Shown here: positions 1 through 7,822 of the stretch, piece after piece
Layout of the letters: every line of letters begins with the position of its first letter
Numbering within the stretch: the first letter of the stretch is position 1
Assembly (NCBI GenBank): GCA_963692915.1
Contig: OY843584.1
Coordinates: forward strand, 1,248,000 to 1,279,999
DNA: 32,000 bases
DNA from: Cenarchaeum sp.
GTDB lineage: Archaea; Thermoproteota; Nitrososphaeria; Nitrososphaerales; Nitrosopumilaceae
Direction: 5' to 3'
Notes under the pieces: generated by a model
Database searches by the model: none
Seen by the model: the letters and a program-made list of their open reading frames with translations, nothing else
Told to the model about the DNA's origin: nothing
Translations under genes and position numbers: made by a program

Positions 1-849
1 GTTCGCATGATCCCGTGCGGCTTTGTCAACAGGGAGACGCGCCTCGGGATAGGTCCCGGCGTGGTAGTCGACCCCGACGTCCTCCTGCGCGAGGTTCGCG
101 AGTTTGGCGCCGAGGGCAGGGTCGTCGTGGACTCGCGATGCGGTGTGATCGACGCGTCGCACCGCGAGGCCGACGCCGGAGGCCACCTGGCCGGCAAGAT
201 AGGCAGCACGGGGTCAGGAACCGGACCGGCCAACGCCGAGCGCGCAATGCGCACGCTTCGACTGGCGCGCGACGAGCCCCGCCTAGAGGGCATCACCGGC
301 GATGTTCCCCTGGAGCTCAACTCGGCGCTAGATGAGGGCAGAGACGTCCTCGTCGAGGGCACGCAGGGGACGTTTCTCTCGCTCTGGCACGGGACATACC
401 CCTTTGTCACCTCAAAGGACGTCACGGCTGCCGGCATATGCGCCGACGTCGGACTCGGGCCAAAACGCGTGGATGAGGTCATCGTCGCCTTCAAGGCGTA
501 CGTCACGCGTGTCGGATCCGGACCCCTCGAGGGCGAGCTTGGGGCCGAGGAGGCAAAGTCGCGCGGTTGGGCCGAGTTTGGCGCAGTCACGGGCAGGCCA
601 CGCAGGGCCGCCGAGTTTGACCATGCGCTAGCCAGGCGTGCAGTCATGCTCAACGGCGCCACGCAGCTTGCCATCACAAAGCTCGACGTCGTCTTTCCCG
701 AGTGCGCAGGCGTGAGCTCGTGGGATGGCCTCGCGCCCGAGGCGCGCGCATTCGTCGAGGGAATCGAGTCCTCCCTAGGCGTGCGCGTCACGCTCATGGG
801 CACGGGTCCGGGCGCAGGCGATATCGTGGATCGTAGGGCTCACGCCTGA
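1..849 (+). CDS. purA: Adenylosuccinate synthetase, C-terminal ~280 aa (5' end outside window)
   Basis: The frame is open from base 1. PurA hallmarks are present: GSTGSGTGP, VLVEGTQGTFLSLWHGTYPFVTSKD and EFGAVTGRPRR. Confidence 0.9.
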   Translation, partial: VRMIPCGFVNRETRLGIGPGVVVDPDVLLREVREFGAEGRVVVDSRCGVIDASHREADAGGHLAGKIGSTGSGTGPANAERAMRTLRLARDEPRLEGITGDVPLELNSALDEGRDVLVEGTQGTFLSLWHGTYPFVTSKDVTAAGICADVGLGPKRVDEVIVAFKAYVTRVGSGPLEGELGAEEAKSRGWAEFGAVTGRPRRAAEFDHALARRAVMLNGATQLAITKLDVVFPECAGVSSWDGLAPEARAFVEGIESSLGVRVTLMGTGPGAGDIVDRRAHA

Positions 850-858
850 CAGGGTAGG

Positions 859-866
859 TTTAATTT
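859..866 (+). promoter_or_regulatory. TATA-like box TTTAATTT
   Basis: AT-rich octamer in a GC-rich spacer. It starts 31 nt upstream of ATG 890. Confidence 0.5.
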
Positions 867-889
867 GTCGCAATCTGCCATGCGCACGC

Positions 890-1573
890 ATGGCCACAAC
901 GGCGAATGAGACGGACACAAAGCCACGCTATATCGAGGTTAGCTCACATCTCGAGTTCTCACGCATGGTCTGCGCGCTAGAGCGCGTGCCGCGAACCGTC
1001 TTTATGCACGAGCATGACGGCGCACAGGTTCTCTCTGTCCAGATGGACATACTCAACGAAAAACCCGTCATATACTATGTGCAGGCCGACAGAGGCGGCC
1101 AGTACATCTCGTACGGCATACGCGGCAACCGTGAAGAGTCGACCATGACGGACTCGGTCAGCGAGACTGGACGCATCTACTCGCCCATAGTCGGCATAAA
1201 GTCGCTCCCAAACAACCTTCGCGCAGGCAATGGGACTGCAGACAAGTACTTTCCGCTCGAGCTAGACGACCTGTCTAGCCTCGCAAAGCTGAGCTATGGC
1301 TTTGAGGACACGCCGTTTCCGCTCTTTGCGTTTCCGGCCAACGGCAAATGGCTAGTCGGCGTGTTCATGAACTTTAACGAGGACGGCCCATCGTACTTTT
1401 GCCATGTGGCCATGGACTCCGAGCCGGCAAAGCCATTCCTAAAGTACGCGACGTCCAACGGTTCAAAGCCCGAGCTCGTCGATGCGCCAAGTGACCACGG
1501 CTACTCGTACATCAAGATAATACGCCTAAAGGACACACACCCGCTAGTTGACTATGCGCAGCTTCAAAACTAG
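890..1573 (+). CDS. Hypothetical protein, 227 aa, no domain recognised
   Basis: Long ORF with balanced, protein-like composition and a TATA box at -31. It lies between purA and pyrF. Confidence 0.6.
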   Translation: MATTANETDTKPRYIEVSSHLEFSRMVCALERVPRTVFMHEHDGAQVLSVQMDILNEKPVIYYVQADRGGQYISYGIRGNREESTMTDSVSETGRIYSPIVGIKSLPNNLRAGNGTADKYFPLELDDLSSLAKLSYGFEDTPFPLFAFPANGKWLVGVFMNFNEDGPSYFCHVAMDSEPAKPFLKYATSNGSKPELVDAPSDHGYSYIKIIRLKDTHPLVDYAQLQN

Positions 1574-2285
1574 GATGCGCGAGGCCGCGCGCGCAGCCGG
1601 TCCCCTTGTCCTTGCAGCAGATATCGTCGGTTCGCCCTCGCGAACCGTTGCGCGCATACAGGCCGCAACAAGACGCGTCGAGGGCAGCGCGTGTGCGATA
1701 AAGCTAAACATGCACGCGCTCCTCCCGCTAGGTGCAGCCGATGTTCGCGACATTGCGCGAACGGCTCACTCGCTAGGCATGCAGGCAATAGCAGACATAA
1801 AGCTCAACGACATTCCGGCTACAAACGAGGCTGCAGCATCGGCCCTCTGGTCAATGGGCATCGACGCGCTGATCGCAAATCCGGTCATGGGTCCGGCGAG
1901 CCTCGCGGCCCTTGCACGCGCGGCGCGGCGAGGGGGGCATGGCGTCATTGCGCTGGGTCACATGAGCGCGCCGGAGGCGCGCGCGACGTACGAGGCACGC
2001 ATCTCGCCTTCGCGACGCCTGTATCACGACTTTGTGCGTAGCGCCGCGCGCGCAGGCGTCGACGGGATCGTCGTTGGCGCGACATATCCGCGGATAATAT
2101 CCGAGTGTGCGCGAATTGCGCGCGGCGTGCCGATATACTCTCCGGGCATCGGAGCCCAGGGCGGCAGCGCGCAGCGTGCGGCATCGGCCGGTACAGACTA
2201 TTTCATCGTGGGTCGCTCAATCCTGCAAGCGCGTGACGCGCGAGCCGAGGCCGCGCGCGTCTGCGCCCTCGTCAGCGCAGAGTAG
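1548..2285 (+). CDS. pyrF: Orotidine 5'-phosphate decarboxylase
   Basis: Contains ADIKLNDIPATN (the D-x-K-x-x-D active-site region) and a C-terminal IVGRSI motif. An alternative start, ATG 1575, lies 1 nt after the upstream stop. Confidence 0.85.
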   Translation: MTMRSFKTRMREAARAAGPLVLAADIVGSPSRTVARIQAATRRVEGSACAIKLNMHALLPLGAADVRDIARTAHSLGMQAIADIKLNDIPATNEAAASALWSMGIDALIANPVMGPASLAALARAARRGGHGVIALGHMSAPEARATYEARISPSRRLYHDFVRSAARAGVDGIVVGATYPRIISECARIARGVPIYSPGIGAQGGSAQRAASAGTDYFIVGRSILQARDARAEAARVCALVSAE

Positions 2286-2687
2286 GCGGTTTGCAGCCTC
2301 AAGGACACCGCGCGCATTCTCGTACGTGAGCGTATCCATCGCCTGCCCGTACTCTTCCCACGCGTGCGCCCTGTGCTCGTGTGAGAGGCGCACGCTCGAG
2401 GTGTTCGTGCGCGCAAGAAAGAACGAGACCCTCTTGCGTATAAAAACACCTTCGTGCATAAAGTTGTAGCGTATATCTTTTTGAAACCCCTCGACGAACT
2501 CGATATCTGATATTCCCGTCTCCTCGAGCGTCTCGCGCACGACGGTCTGACGATCGTCCTCACCGGCCTCAATCTTGCCCTTGACAAAGTCCCAGTGGTT
2601 TGTGGGATACAGGAGGAGCAAAAAGCGGCGCGCATCGCCATCCCCCGTGAATATGACTGCGCCTGCGGATCTCTGCGTTACTGCCAT
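2217..2687 (-). CDS. Nudix hydrolase (Ap4A-hydrolase-like)
   Basis: The Nudix box GKIEAGEDDRQTVVRETLEETG fits GX5EX7REUXEEXGU. Confidence 0.85.
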   Translation of the reverse strand: MAVTQRSAGAVIFTGDGDARRFLLLLYPTNHWDFVKGKIEAGEDDRQTVVRETLEETGISDIEFVEGFQKDIRYNFMHEGVFIRKRVSFFLARTNTSSVRLSHEHRAHAWEEYGQAMDTLTYENARGVLEAANRLLCADEGADARGLGSRVTRLQD

Positions 2688-2690
2688 TGC

Positions 2691-3479
2691 CTATCTCCCC
2701 CCTCGACGCTCACGGCTCTGGAATGTCCGTATCGCTCGCATCAGGTCTATCTTGCGAAACTCGGGCCAGAGTATGTCCATAAAGACTAGCTCGCTGTATG
2801 CGCTCTGCCATAGGAGAAAGCCGCTAAGCCTGCGCTCACCGGACGTGCGAAGGACGAGATCAGGTGCTGACTGCGGGAGGTGCGACGTGTAAAGGTTGGA
2901 CTCGATAACAGACTTGTCGATCGACGACGCATCAACGCTTCCGTCATCCACCCCGCGCGCTATCTTTTTGACCGCATCGACGAGCTCGTCCTGGCCGCCG
3001 TATGCCAGCGCAATGTTGAGAAAGCGCCGATCGTATCCACGTGTGGCCTTTTCGAGCTTGTCGAGTGTGCGCGTGATCGACTCGGGCAGGAGGTCAAGCC
3101 TGCCCATTCCCGTGACGCGCATGCGGCGTCGGTGAAGGCGCGAGTCGCCAAGGAGCTTTTCTAGACGAGCGCCGATCAGCGTAAAGAGCTCGTCGACCTC
3201 CGAGTCGCCGCGGTCGAGGTTCTCGACTGAGAGCGCATAGAGCGTGATTATGCGGATGCCGAGCTCCTCGCACCAGTCAAGGAGGCGCTCGACGGCGTCT
3301 GCACCCATGCCGTGCGCATCGCCAGTGTGCGCATTTTTTTCCTTGGCCCACCGCCTGTTGCCGTCAAGTATGAGCGCAATGTGGCCGGGCATCGGCCTTT
3401 GGCTAATCTCGCGCTCGAGCCGCCGCGCGTAGAGGCCGTACAGGCCTCCTGCCCGCAGGAGCACATCCCTTAATGTCAA
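2691..3479 (-). CDS. uppS: Cis-prenyltransferase (undecaprenyl/di-trans,poly-cis-polyprenyl diphosphate synthase)
   Basis: Contains HIALILDGNRRWA and RTSGERRLSGFLLWQSAYSEL. The start codon is TTG at 3477-3479. Confidence 0.9.
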   Translation of the reverse strand: MTLRDVLLRAGGLYGLYARRLEREISQRPMPGHIALILDGNRRWAKEKNAHTGDAHGMGADAVERLLDWCEELGIRIITLYALSVENLDRGDSEVDELFTLIGARLEKLLGDSRLHRRRMRVTGMGRLDLLPESITRTLDKLEKATRGYDRRFLNIALAYGGQDELVDAVKKIARGVDDGSVDASSIDKSVIESNLYTSHLPQSAPDLVLRTSGERRLSGFLLWQSAYSELVFMDILWPEFRKIDLMRAIRTFQSRERRGGR

Positions 3480-3501
3480 CGCGTGCGCGTATGGACGGCA
3501 G

Positions 3502-3509
3502 TATTATGT
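3502..3509 (-). promoter_or_regulatory. TATA-like box (ACATAATA on minus strand) for the uppS-Nudix operon
   Basis: Starts 30 nt upstream of the TTG start at 3479. Confidence 0.45.
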
Positions 3510-3688
3510 GCCTTTGCGGTGACTGGTGGACGCTCATAAAGCCGATAGTGCGCCCTAGAAGGGCATGGGCGCCTCTGGCATGCCCAGGGCATGGATTCCA
3601 GGAATGGTGGACTGCCGATGTGTTTGTCCGGATGACAAAGCCCCATGTTCAGGACGCCGGAGCCACACATGCGCCTAGGCAGCTATTG

Positions 3689-3696
3689 TAATATTA
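3689..3696 (+). promoter_or_regulatory. TATA-like box TAATATTA
   Basis: Starts 30 nt upstream of ATG 3719. Confidence 0.5.
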
Positions 3697-3718
3697 GAGG
3701 CAATGCGCGGGCTGTCCA

Positions 3719-4546
3719 ATGACAGCAGCAAGCATGCAAGAGGCACGTCAGCAAGAGTTGTCAGACATGAAAAGGCCGATTGAGACGAATAGCATTTATC
3801 ACGGCGACTGCATGGATGTAATGAAGGCCATTCCCGATGAGACAATAGGCACAATAGTCACATCACCCCCATACAACATCAAAAATTCCACAGGGAACGG
3901 GCTAAAAAATTCGAACGGCGGCAAGTGGCCCAATGCCGCACTTCAGAACGGGTATGTGGAGCACAATGACTCGATGTCACACCAGGAATACGTGGGATGG
4001 CAGCGTGAATGCATTTCCGAGATGATGCGCGTTTTAAAGCAGGACGGGGTGATCTTTTACAACCACAAGTGGCGCGTGCAAAATGGAATAATGCAGGGTC
4101 GAGAGGAGATCATAAGGGATTTTCCAGTCAGGCAGATAATAATTTGGCAGAGAGATGGAGGAATAAACTTCAATCCCGGGTATTTTTTGCCCACGTATGA
4201 GGTGATCTATATGATCACAAAACCAAAATTCAAGCTAGTACCCAAGGCAAACAAGATTGGAGACGTGTGGAGAATATCCCAAGAGAGGAACAATCCCCAC
4301 CCGGCTCCATTTCCCGTACAGCTGGCGAAAAATTGCATACTTGCCACGGACAATGGGATCGTGATGGATCCATTTTTGGGATCAGGGACGACAGCTATTG
4401 CGGCAAAGACATGTGATCGCGAGTGGATCGGAATTGAGCAATCAAGAGAGTATTGCACGCTAGCAAAACGGAGAATTGGAGAAACATCAACCATAAAACA
4501 AGCATCGTCCAAAGAAATCAACATAATCACGTTGGGAGAAGGTTAA
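3719..4546 (+). CDS. Beta-class DNA methyltransferase (N4-cytosine or N6-adenine; SPPY type), solitary
   Basis: Motif IV IVTSPPYN lies near the N-terminus and motif I MDPFLGSGTTAIAA near the C-terminus. Hand-counted lines give 42-45% GC inside the gene versus about 63% in neighbours. Confidence 0.9.
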   Translation: MTAASMQEARQQELSDMKRPIETNSIYHGDCMDVMKAIPDETIGTIVTSPPYNIKNSTGNGLKNSNGGKWPNAALQNGYVEHNDSMSHQEYVGWQRECISEMMRVLKQDGVIFYNHKWRVQNGIMQGREEIIRDFPVRQIIIWQRDGGINFNPGYFLPTYEVIYMITKPKFKLVPKANKIGDVWRISQERNNPHPAPFPVQLAKNCILATDNGIVMDPFLGSGTTAIAAKTCDREWIGIEQSREYCTLAKRRIGETSTIKQASSKEINIITLGEG

Positions 4547-4695
4547 GGCGCGGAGCGAATGGGATGCATATTGGTCAGTGCAAGAGCCCGTATCACATAA
4601 CCCGGTAGGCCATGTTCATAGATCTCTCGATCCCGTCGAACAGCCGTGATGCCCCGGTCAGAAGCAGGATGCGCCCGCGTACGCTAGGCGCCGCA

Positions 4696-5841
4696 CTATG
4701 TGCTCTCAACGGTGGTCTCGGCGCCGTCGTCGTGCTGCCTTTTGTAGCGCCTAAAGAGCACAAAGGCCGCAGCTAGCGTGACGCCTAGGCCGGCTAGGAG
4801 CGGGGGGACGAGCGTAAACTCGCTCTCGCCGTTGGCAAGTATGCTCGTAAACTGGGCTAGCGTCGGATAGATCGCGGCGAGGGCGATGATCCGCAAGATG
4901 TCGCCGATCTCGCGGCGCGCGCCAGCAAAGAGGTGGCTGAGCATCATGCCTCCCAGCATGACGCCGATCCCTATCCAGAGTATCGGCAGAGCGCCGGCCA
5001 TGAACTGCCCTGCTGAGACGCGATCCACGATAATGCTGCCAAGCTCGGCACCCTCGACAGGGTCCACAGTCGATATGCCCGCCGGAATCGAGGCGATCAT
5101 CAGGACTATGCCGGTGACCATCGTGAAGAGGCGCACGAGTGCTGCGGGTTCGGGTTTTGTCCAGTTGATCCACGCCTTGTCTATGTCAAACGCGCGCGTT
5201 ATTAGCGCGCCGGCGAGTATGATGACGAGAACCGAGACTATCTCCGTGGCGTATCCGAGAACAGTCGCGATGCCCCCTATGAGGAGGAGCACGCCGGGCA
5301 CGCCAAGAAAGAACTTTGAGTAGCGCGCATCATACATTACCATCTTTAGGTACTTGCCAAACACTGCATACGAGTGCTCGATCGTGTGGCTCACCTTCAT
5401 CACGACGCGCTGCACGGACACCACGGGCACGAGGTTCTGTATTACGGGAATGACGGCCTCGTCGTCTTCCCCGTCAGAGACGATTACGGCTCCCGTTGCC
5501 GAGAACTTTTCTAGAACGGCGCGAGTCTCGGCGACTATCTTTTCATCAGCACGCAGACCGCGCCGGCTCTCGCCGGCAATGACTGTGACCTCGGCACTGT
5601 ACCCGCGGCTCACGAGATCCTCGTATGACTTTATCGCTGAAAAGATCGCATTAGAGTCAGCATCCTCGGGATCCTCAAGCGCAAGGCGCTGTGCGGCCTC
5701 TAGGCACGCGTCACGGCCTACGACGGGCGTTTCGATTCCGGCCTTGTCGCCAATGTCATTGTCACGATCAACGCATATGACTAGTATCCTGCTCGACTCC
5801 GAGGCGCCCATCTTGCGCATCTTGTCCATCTCCTGTGTCAT
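4696..5841 (-). CDS. DUF373-family archaeal integral membrane protein
   Basis: The soluble N-terminal domain reads ILVICVDRDNDIGDKAGIETPVVGR...LEDPEDADSNAIF. It is followed by multiple hydrophobic helices. Confidence 0.75.
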   Translation of the reverse strand: MTQEMDKMRKMGASESSRILVICVDRDNDIGDKAGIETPVVGRDACLEAAQRLALEDPEDADSNAIFSAIKSYEDLVSRGYSAEVTVIAGESRRGLRADEKIVAETRAVLEKFSATGAVIVSDGEDDEAVIPVIQNLVPVVSVQRVVMKVSHTIEHSYAVFGKYLKMVMYDARYSKFFLGVPGVLLLIGGIATVLGYATEIVSVLVIILAGALITRAFDIDKAWINWTKPEPAALVRLFTMVTGIVLMIASIPAGISTVDPVEGAELGSIIVDRVSAGQFMAGALPILWIGIGVMLGGMMLSHLFAGARREIGDILRIIALAAIYPTLAQFTSILANGESEFTLVPPLLAGLGVTLAAAFVLFRRYKRQHDDGAETTVEST

Positions 5842-5865
5842 GCCAGGCCATTGATCCTATCGCCT

Positions 5866-5873
5866 TATAATAA
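5866..5873 (-). promoter_or_regulatory. TATA-like box (TTATTATA on minus strand)
   Basis: Starts 32 nt upstream of ATG 5841. Confidence 0.45.
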
Positions 5874-5913
5874 TTCGCACCCGTTACCGTGTAGGACACG
5901 TGGTTTTTGGGCT

Positions 5914-6405
5914 CTATGGGCGGGCACGAATCGACTCGTCGGCCATTGCCTCCGAGGCTCGCAGCGCGTCCTCGAGGCGCTGCGTGTCAGGGGCCACTTC
6001 GCCAGACTCGACTAGCTTTGCGATTACGATCGACTCGGCAATGTACGAGTCGAGCGCGCGCAGCGACTCGACGGCTGCGCCATAGCTGGTGTGCCACTCT
6101 TCGGGCGGATCGGCACGCAGGAGACCGGCGACTTGCGACTTTGCGATGACGGCAGACTCGCGCGCATGCTCGGCATACTCGTCTGCCCCGATCGTGCCGG
6201 CCATGACATCATCGAGGAGCTCCGAGACTCCGGCGGCGAGGGCCACACGACGATCGTCTATGCCGTCAAGGTTTGCGGTATGGTCGGATATGACGACGGT
6301 CCCGCCGGGAACCCCCTGCGGGACAAGCCATATCGCAAAGGACGCCGCCGTCACAAGTACGAGCATTCCGGCCGTCACGGCGAGTCCCCTTTTTGAGGCC
6401 ATCAT
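5914..6405 (-). CDS. Hypothetical membrane-anchored protein (N-terminal TM helix, helical acidic ectodomain)
   Basis: High GC3 in this frame. The N-terminal hydrophobic segment is LAVTAGMLVLVTAASFAIWLV. A TTATAAG box lies about 29 nt upstream. Confidence 0.6.
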   Translation of the reverse strand: MMASKRGLAVTAGMLVLVTAASFAIWLVPQGVPGGTVVISDHTANLDGIDDRRVALAAGVSELLDDVMAGTIGADEYAEHARESAVIAKSQVAGLLRADPPEEWHTSYGAAVESLRALDSYIAESIVIAKLVESGEVAPDTQRLEDALRASEAMADESIRARP

Positions 6406-6515
6406 GGCCGGTTCTAGAGCAGAAGCTTATAACTGATCGCCGGGATTGGCTTGATTCGAGCCTATGCGCGATCACGCCTCTAGCACGTAGTTAAATAATC
6501 TTAACACATTCTTTC

Positions 6516-6523
6516 TAAATATC
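6516..6523 (+). promoter_or_regulatory. TATA-like box TAAATATC
   Basis: Starts 30 nt upstream of ATG 6546. Confidence 0.5.
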
Positions 6524-6545
6524 ACCATGCGGACGTTTTGCTGCA

Positions 6546-6689
6546 ATGGCACAGGCATACTGCGTAAAGTGCAGAGAGAAGCGGGAGATAAAGAACCCCA
6601 AAGAGACCAAGCTAAAGAACGGAAGGCCAGCAGTCAAGGGCACATGCCCGACTTGCGGAACCAACGTCTTTCGCATAGGCAAGCCCTAG
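6546..6689 (+). CDS. Small zinc-ribbon protein, 47 aa (CxxC...CxxC; DUF5679-like by recollection)
   Basis: Hand translation gives MAQAYCVKCREKREIKNPKETKLKNGRPAVKGTCPTCGTNVFRIGKP. A TATA box sits at -30. The ORF is below the 60-aa cut-off of the supplied track. Confidence 0.6.
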   Translation: MAQAYCVKCREKREIKNPKETKLKNGRPAVKGTCPTCGTNVFRIGKP

Positions 6690-6724
6690 TGAGACGTCCA
6701 ATACGCTCGCGCAAGGCACAATCC

Positions 6725-6732
6725 AATTATAG
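6725..6732 (+). promoter_or_regulatory. TATA-like box AATTATAG
   Basis: Starts 31 nt upstream of ATG 6756. Confidence 0.5.
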
Positions 6733-6755
6733 GGAGTCCTGCGCGCGCGCCGTCG

Positions 6756-7178
6756 ATGGCAAGGGACGACTATGTTGCGCTGCTCGATCGCATACGCGAC
6801 GGCCTCTCCGATGAGGCACGGCAGGAGGCCGCACGCCTCGAGCTGCCCCCCGTGGATGTCATGTGGGAGGGCCAAAAGACGTTCCTGCGCAACTTTGCCG
6901 ATTTCCCCAAGGTCCTGAGGCGCGAGCCCGAAAAGATACTCCAGTACCTCGCAAAGGAATTCGCCGTGCCGGCCGAGAGGATGGGCGAGAAGGCCATGTT
7001 TGTGGGCAAGCGTGACCCTGACGATTTCACGCGCCTCTTCAAGATATACCTGCAAGAGTATGTCGTGTGCCCCACGTGCAGCAGCCCGGACACGCGCGTG
7101 ACAAAGGAGAACAGGATATCGTTTCTCGTCTGCGAGGCATGCGGCGCAAAGTCCACGTTAAAGGGCAAGTACGCATGA
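6756..7178 (+). CDS. eif2b: Translation initiation factor aIF2 beta subunit
   Basis: The N-terminal part (YVALLDRIRDGL...) and the C-terminal zinc ribbon VCPTCSSPDT...CEACGA are typical of aIF2-beta. Confidence 0.92.
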   Translation: MARDDYVALLDRIRDGLSDEARQEAARLELPPVDVMWEGQKTFLRNFADFPKVLRREPEKILQYLAKEFAVPAERMGEKAMFVGKRDPDDFTRLFKIYLQEYVVCPTCSSPDTRVTKENRISFLVCEACGAKSTLKGKYA

Positions 7179-7471
7179 GTTCCTTCTCCGTAAAGACCGG
7201 CGGGCACGAGGGAAACGCCATCCTCAACATCTGTGATGATGACCTCCTCGGCAGGAGCATAACTGACGGGGCGCGAACCATAGAGATCGGCGGGTACTAT
7301 CGTGACAGGCTCGTCGACCGCGAGGAGGCCGCGAGGCTCCTCGTCGAGTCGCAGATAATCAACATGGTCGGCGAGCGGACCGTCAGGCTCGCCCTCGAGC
7401 TCGAGGTTGGCGCCGAGGACGGGATCAGGAGGATAGACGGCGTGCCGTTTCTGCTCGTCTTCAAAATATGA
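7175..7471 (+). CDS. DUF424 family protein
   Basis: The ATG at 7175 overlaps the aIF2-beta stop (ATGA). The motifs NICDDDLLGR...INMVGERTV...IDGVPFLLVF match the archaeal DUF424 pattern. DUF424 commonly follows aIF2-beta. Confidence 0.7.
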   Translation: MSSFSVKTGGHEGNAILNICDDDLLGRSITDGARTIEIGGYYRDRLVDREEAARLLVESQIINMVGERTVRLALELEVGAEDGIRRIDGVPFLLVFKI

Positions 7472-7480
7472 GGCACACAG

Positions 7481-7488
7481 ATATATAC
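7481..7488 (+). promoter_or_regulatory. TATA-like box ATATATAC
   Basis: Starts 30 nt upstream of ATG 7511. Confidence 0.55.
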
Positions 7489-7510
7489 AAAATCCTATGG
7501 GGCCGATCCC

Positions 7511-7822
7511 ATGGGAAAGCGAAAGGTTCTCAACGAGAGTGCGCTAAAAGAGGTTCGGCTTCCGCAGGAGGGCGAGCTCCTAGGGCGCGTCATAAAGCTC
7601 CTGGGAAGTGACCAGGTTCTCGTAAAGTGCATGGACGGCATAACGAGAAGGGGACGCATACGCGGCAAGCTAAAGCGCCGCATATGGATACGCGACAATG
7701 ACATTGTCATAATTGCGCCGTGGGATTTCAAGGCGGACGAGCGCGGGGACATTGTGTGGAGATTTACGCTGCCGCAGGTTGACGGCCTCAAGAACAGCGG
7801 CCACCTGCCAAGGGACTTTTGA
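7511..7822 (+). CDS. eif1a: Translation initiation factor aIF1A
   Basis: S1/OB-fold sequence: RLPQEGELLGRVIKLLGSDQVLVKCMDGITRRGRIRGKLKRRIWIRDNDIVIIAPWDF. Confidence 0.92.
   Translation: MGKRKVLNESALKEVRLPQEGELLGRVIKLLGSDQVLVKCMDGITRRGRIRGKLKRRIWIRDNDIVIIAPWDFKADERGDIVWRFTLPQVDGLKNSGHLPRDF

Noticed and set aside
3625-3690. Possible C/D-box sRNA (GGATGA at about 3630) in the uppS/methyltransferase spacer
   Set aside because: No CTGA D box lies at an appropriate distance, and no terminal stem is present. The same negative result holds for the 4547-4695 spacer on both strands.
3643-4618. 9-bp direct repeat CCATGTTCA flanking the low-GC methyltransferase, as target-site duplication or att sites
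   Set aside because: My rough estimate is about a 10-15% probability that a 9-mer match between two ~200-nt flanks arises by chance. No inverted-repeat termini or recombinase are present. I kept it only as a note within the islet finding.
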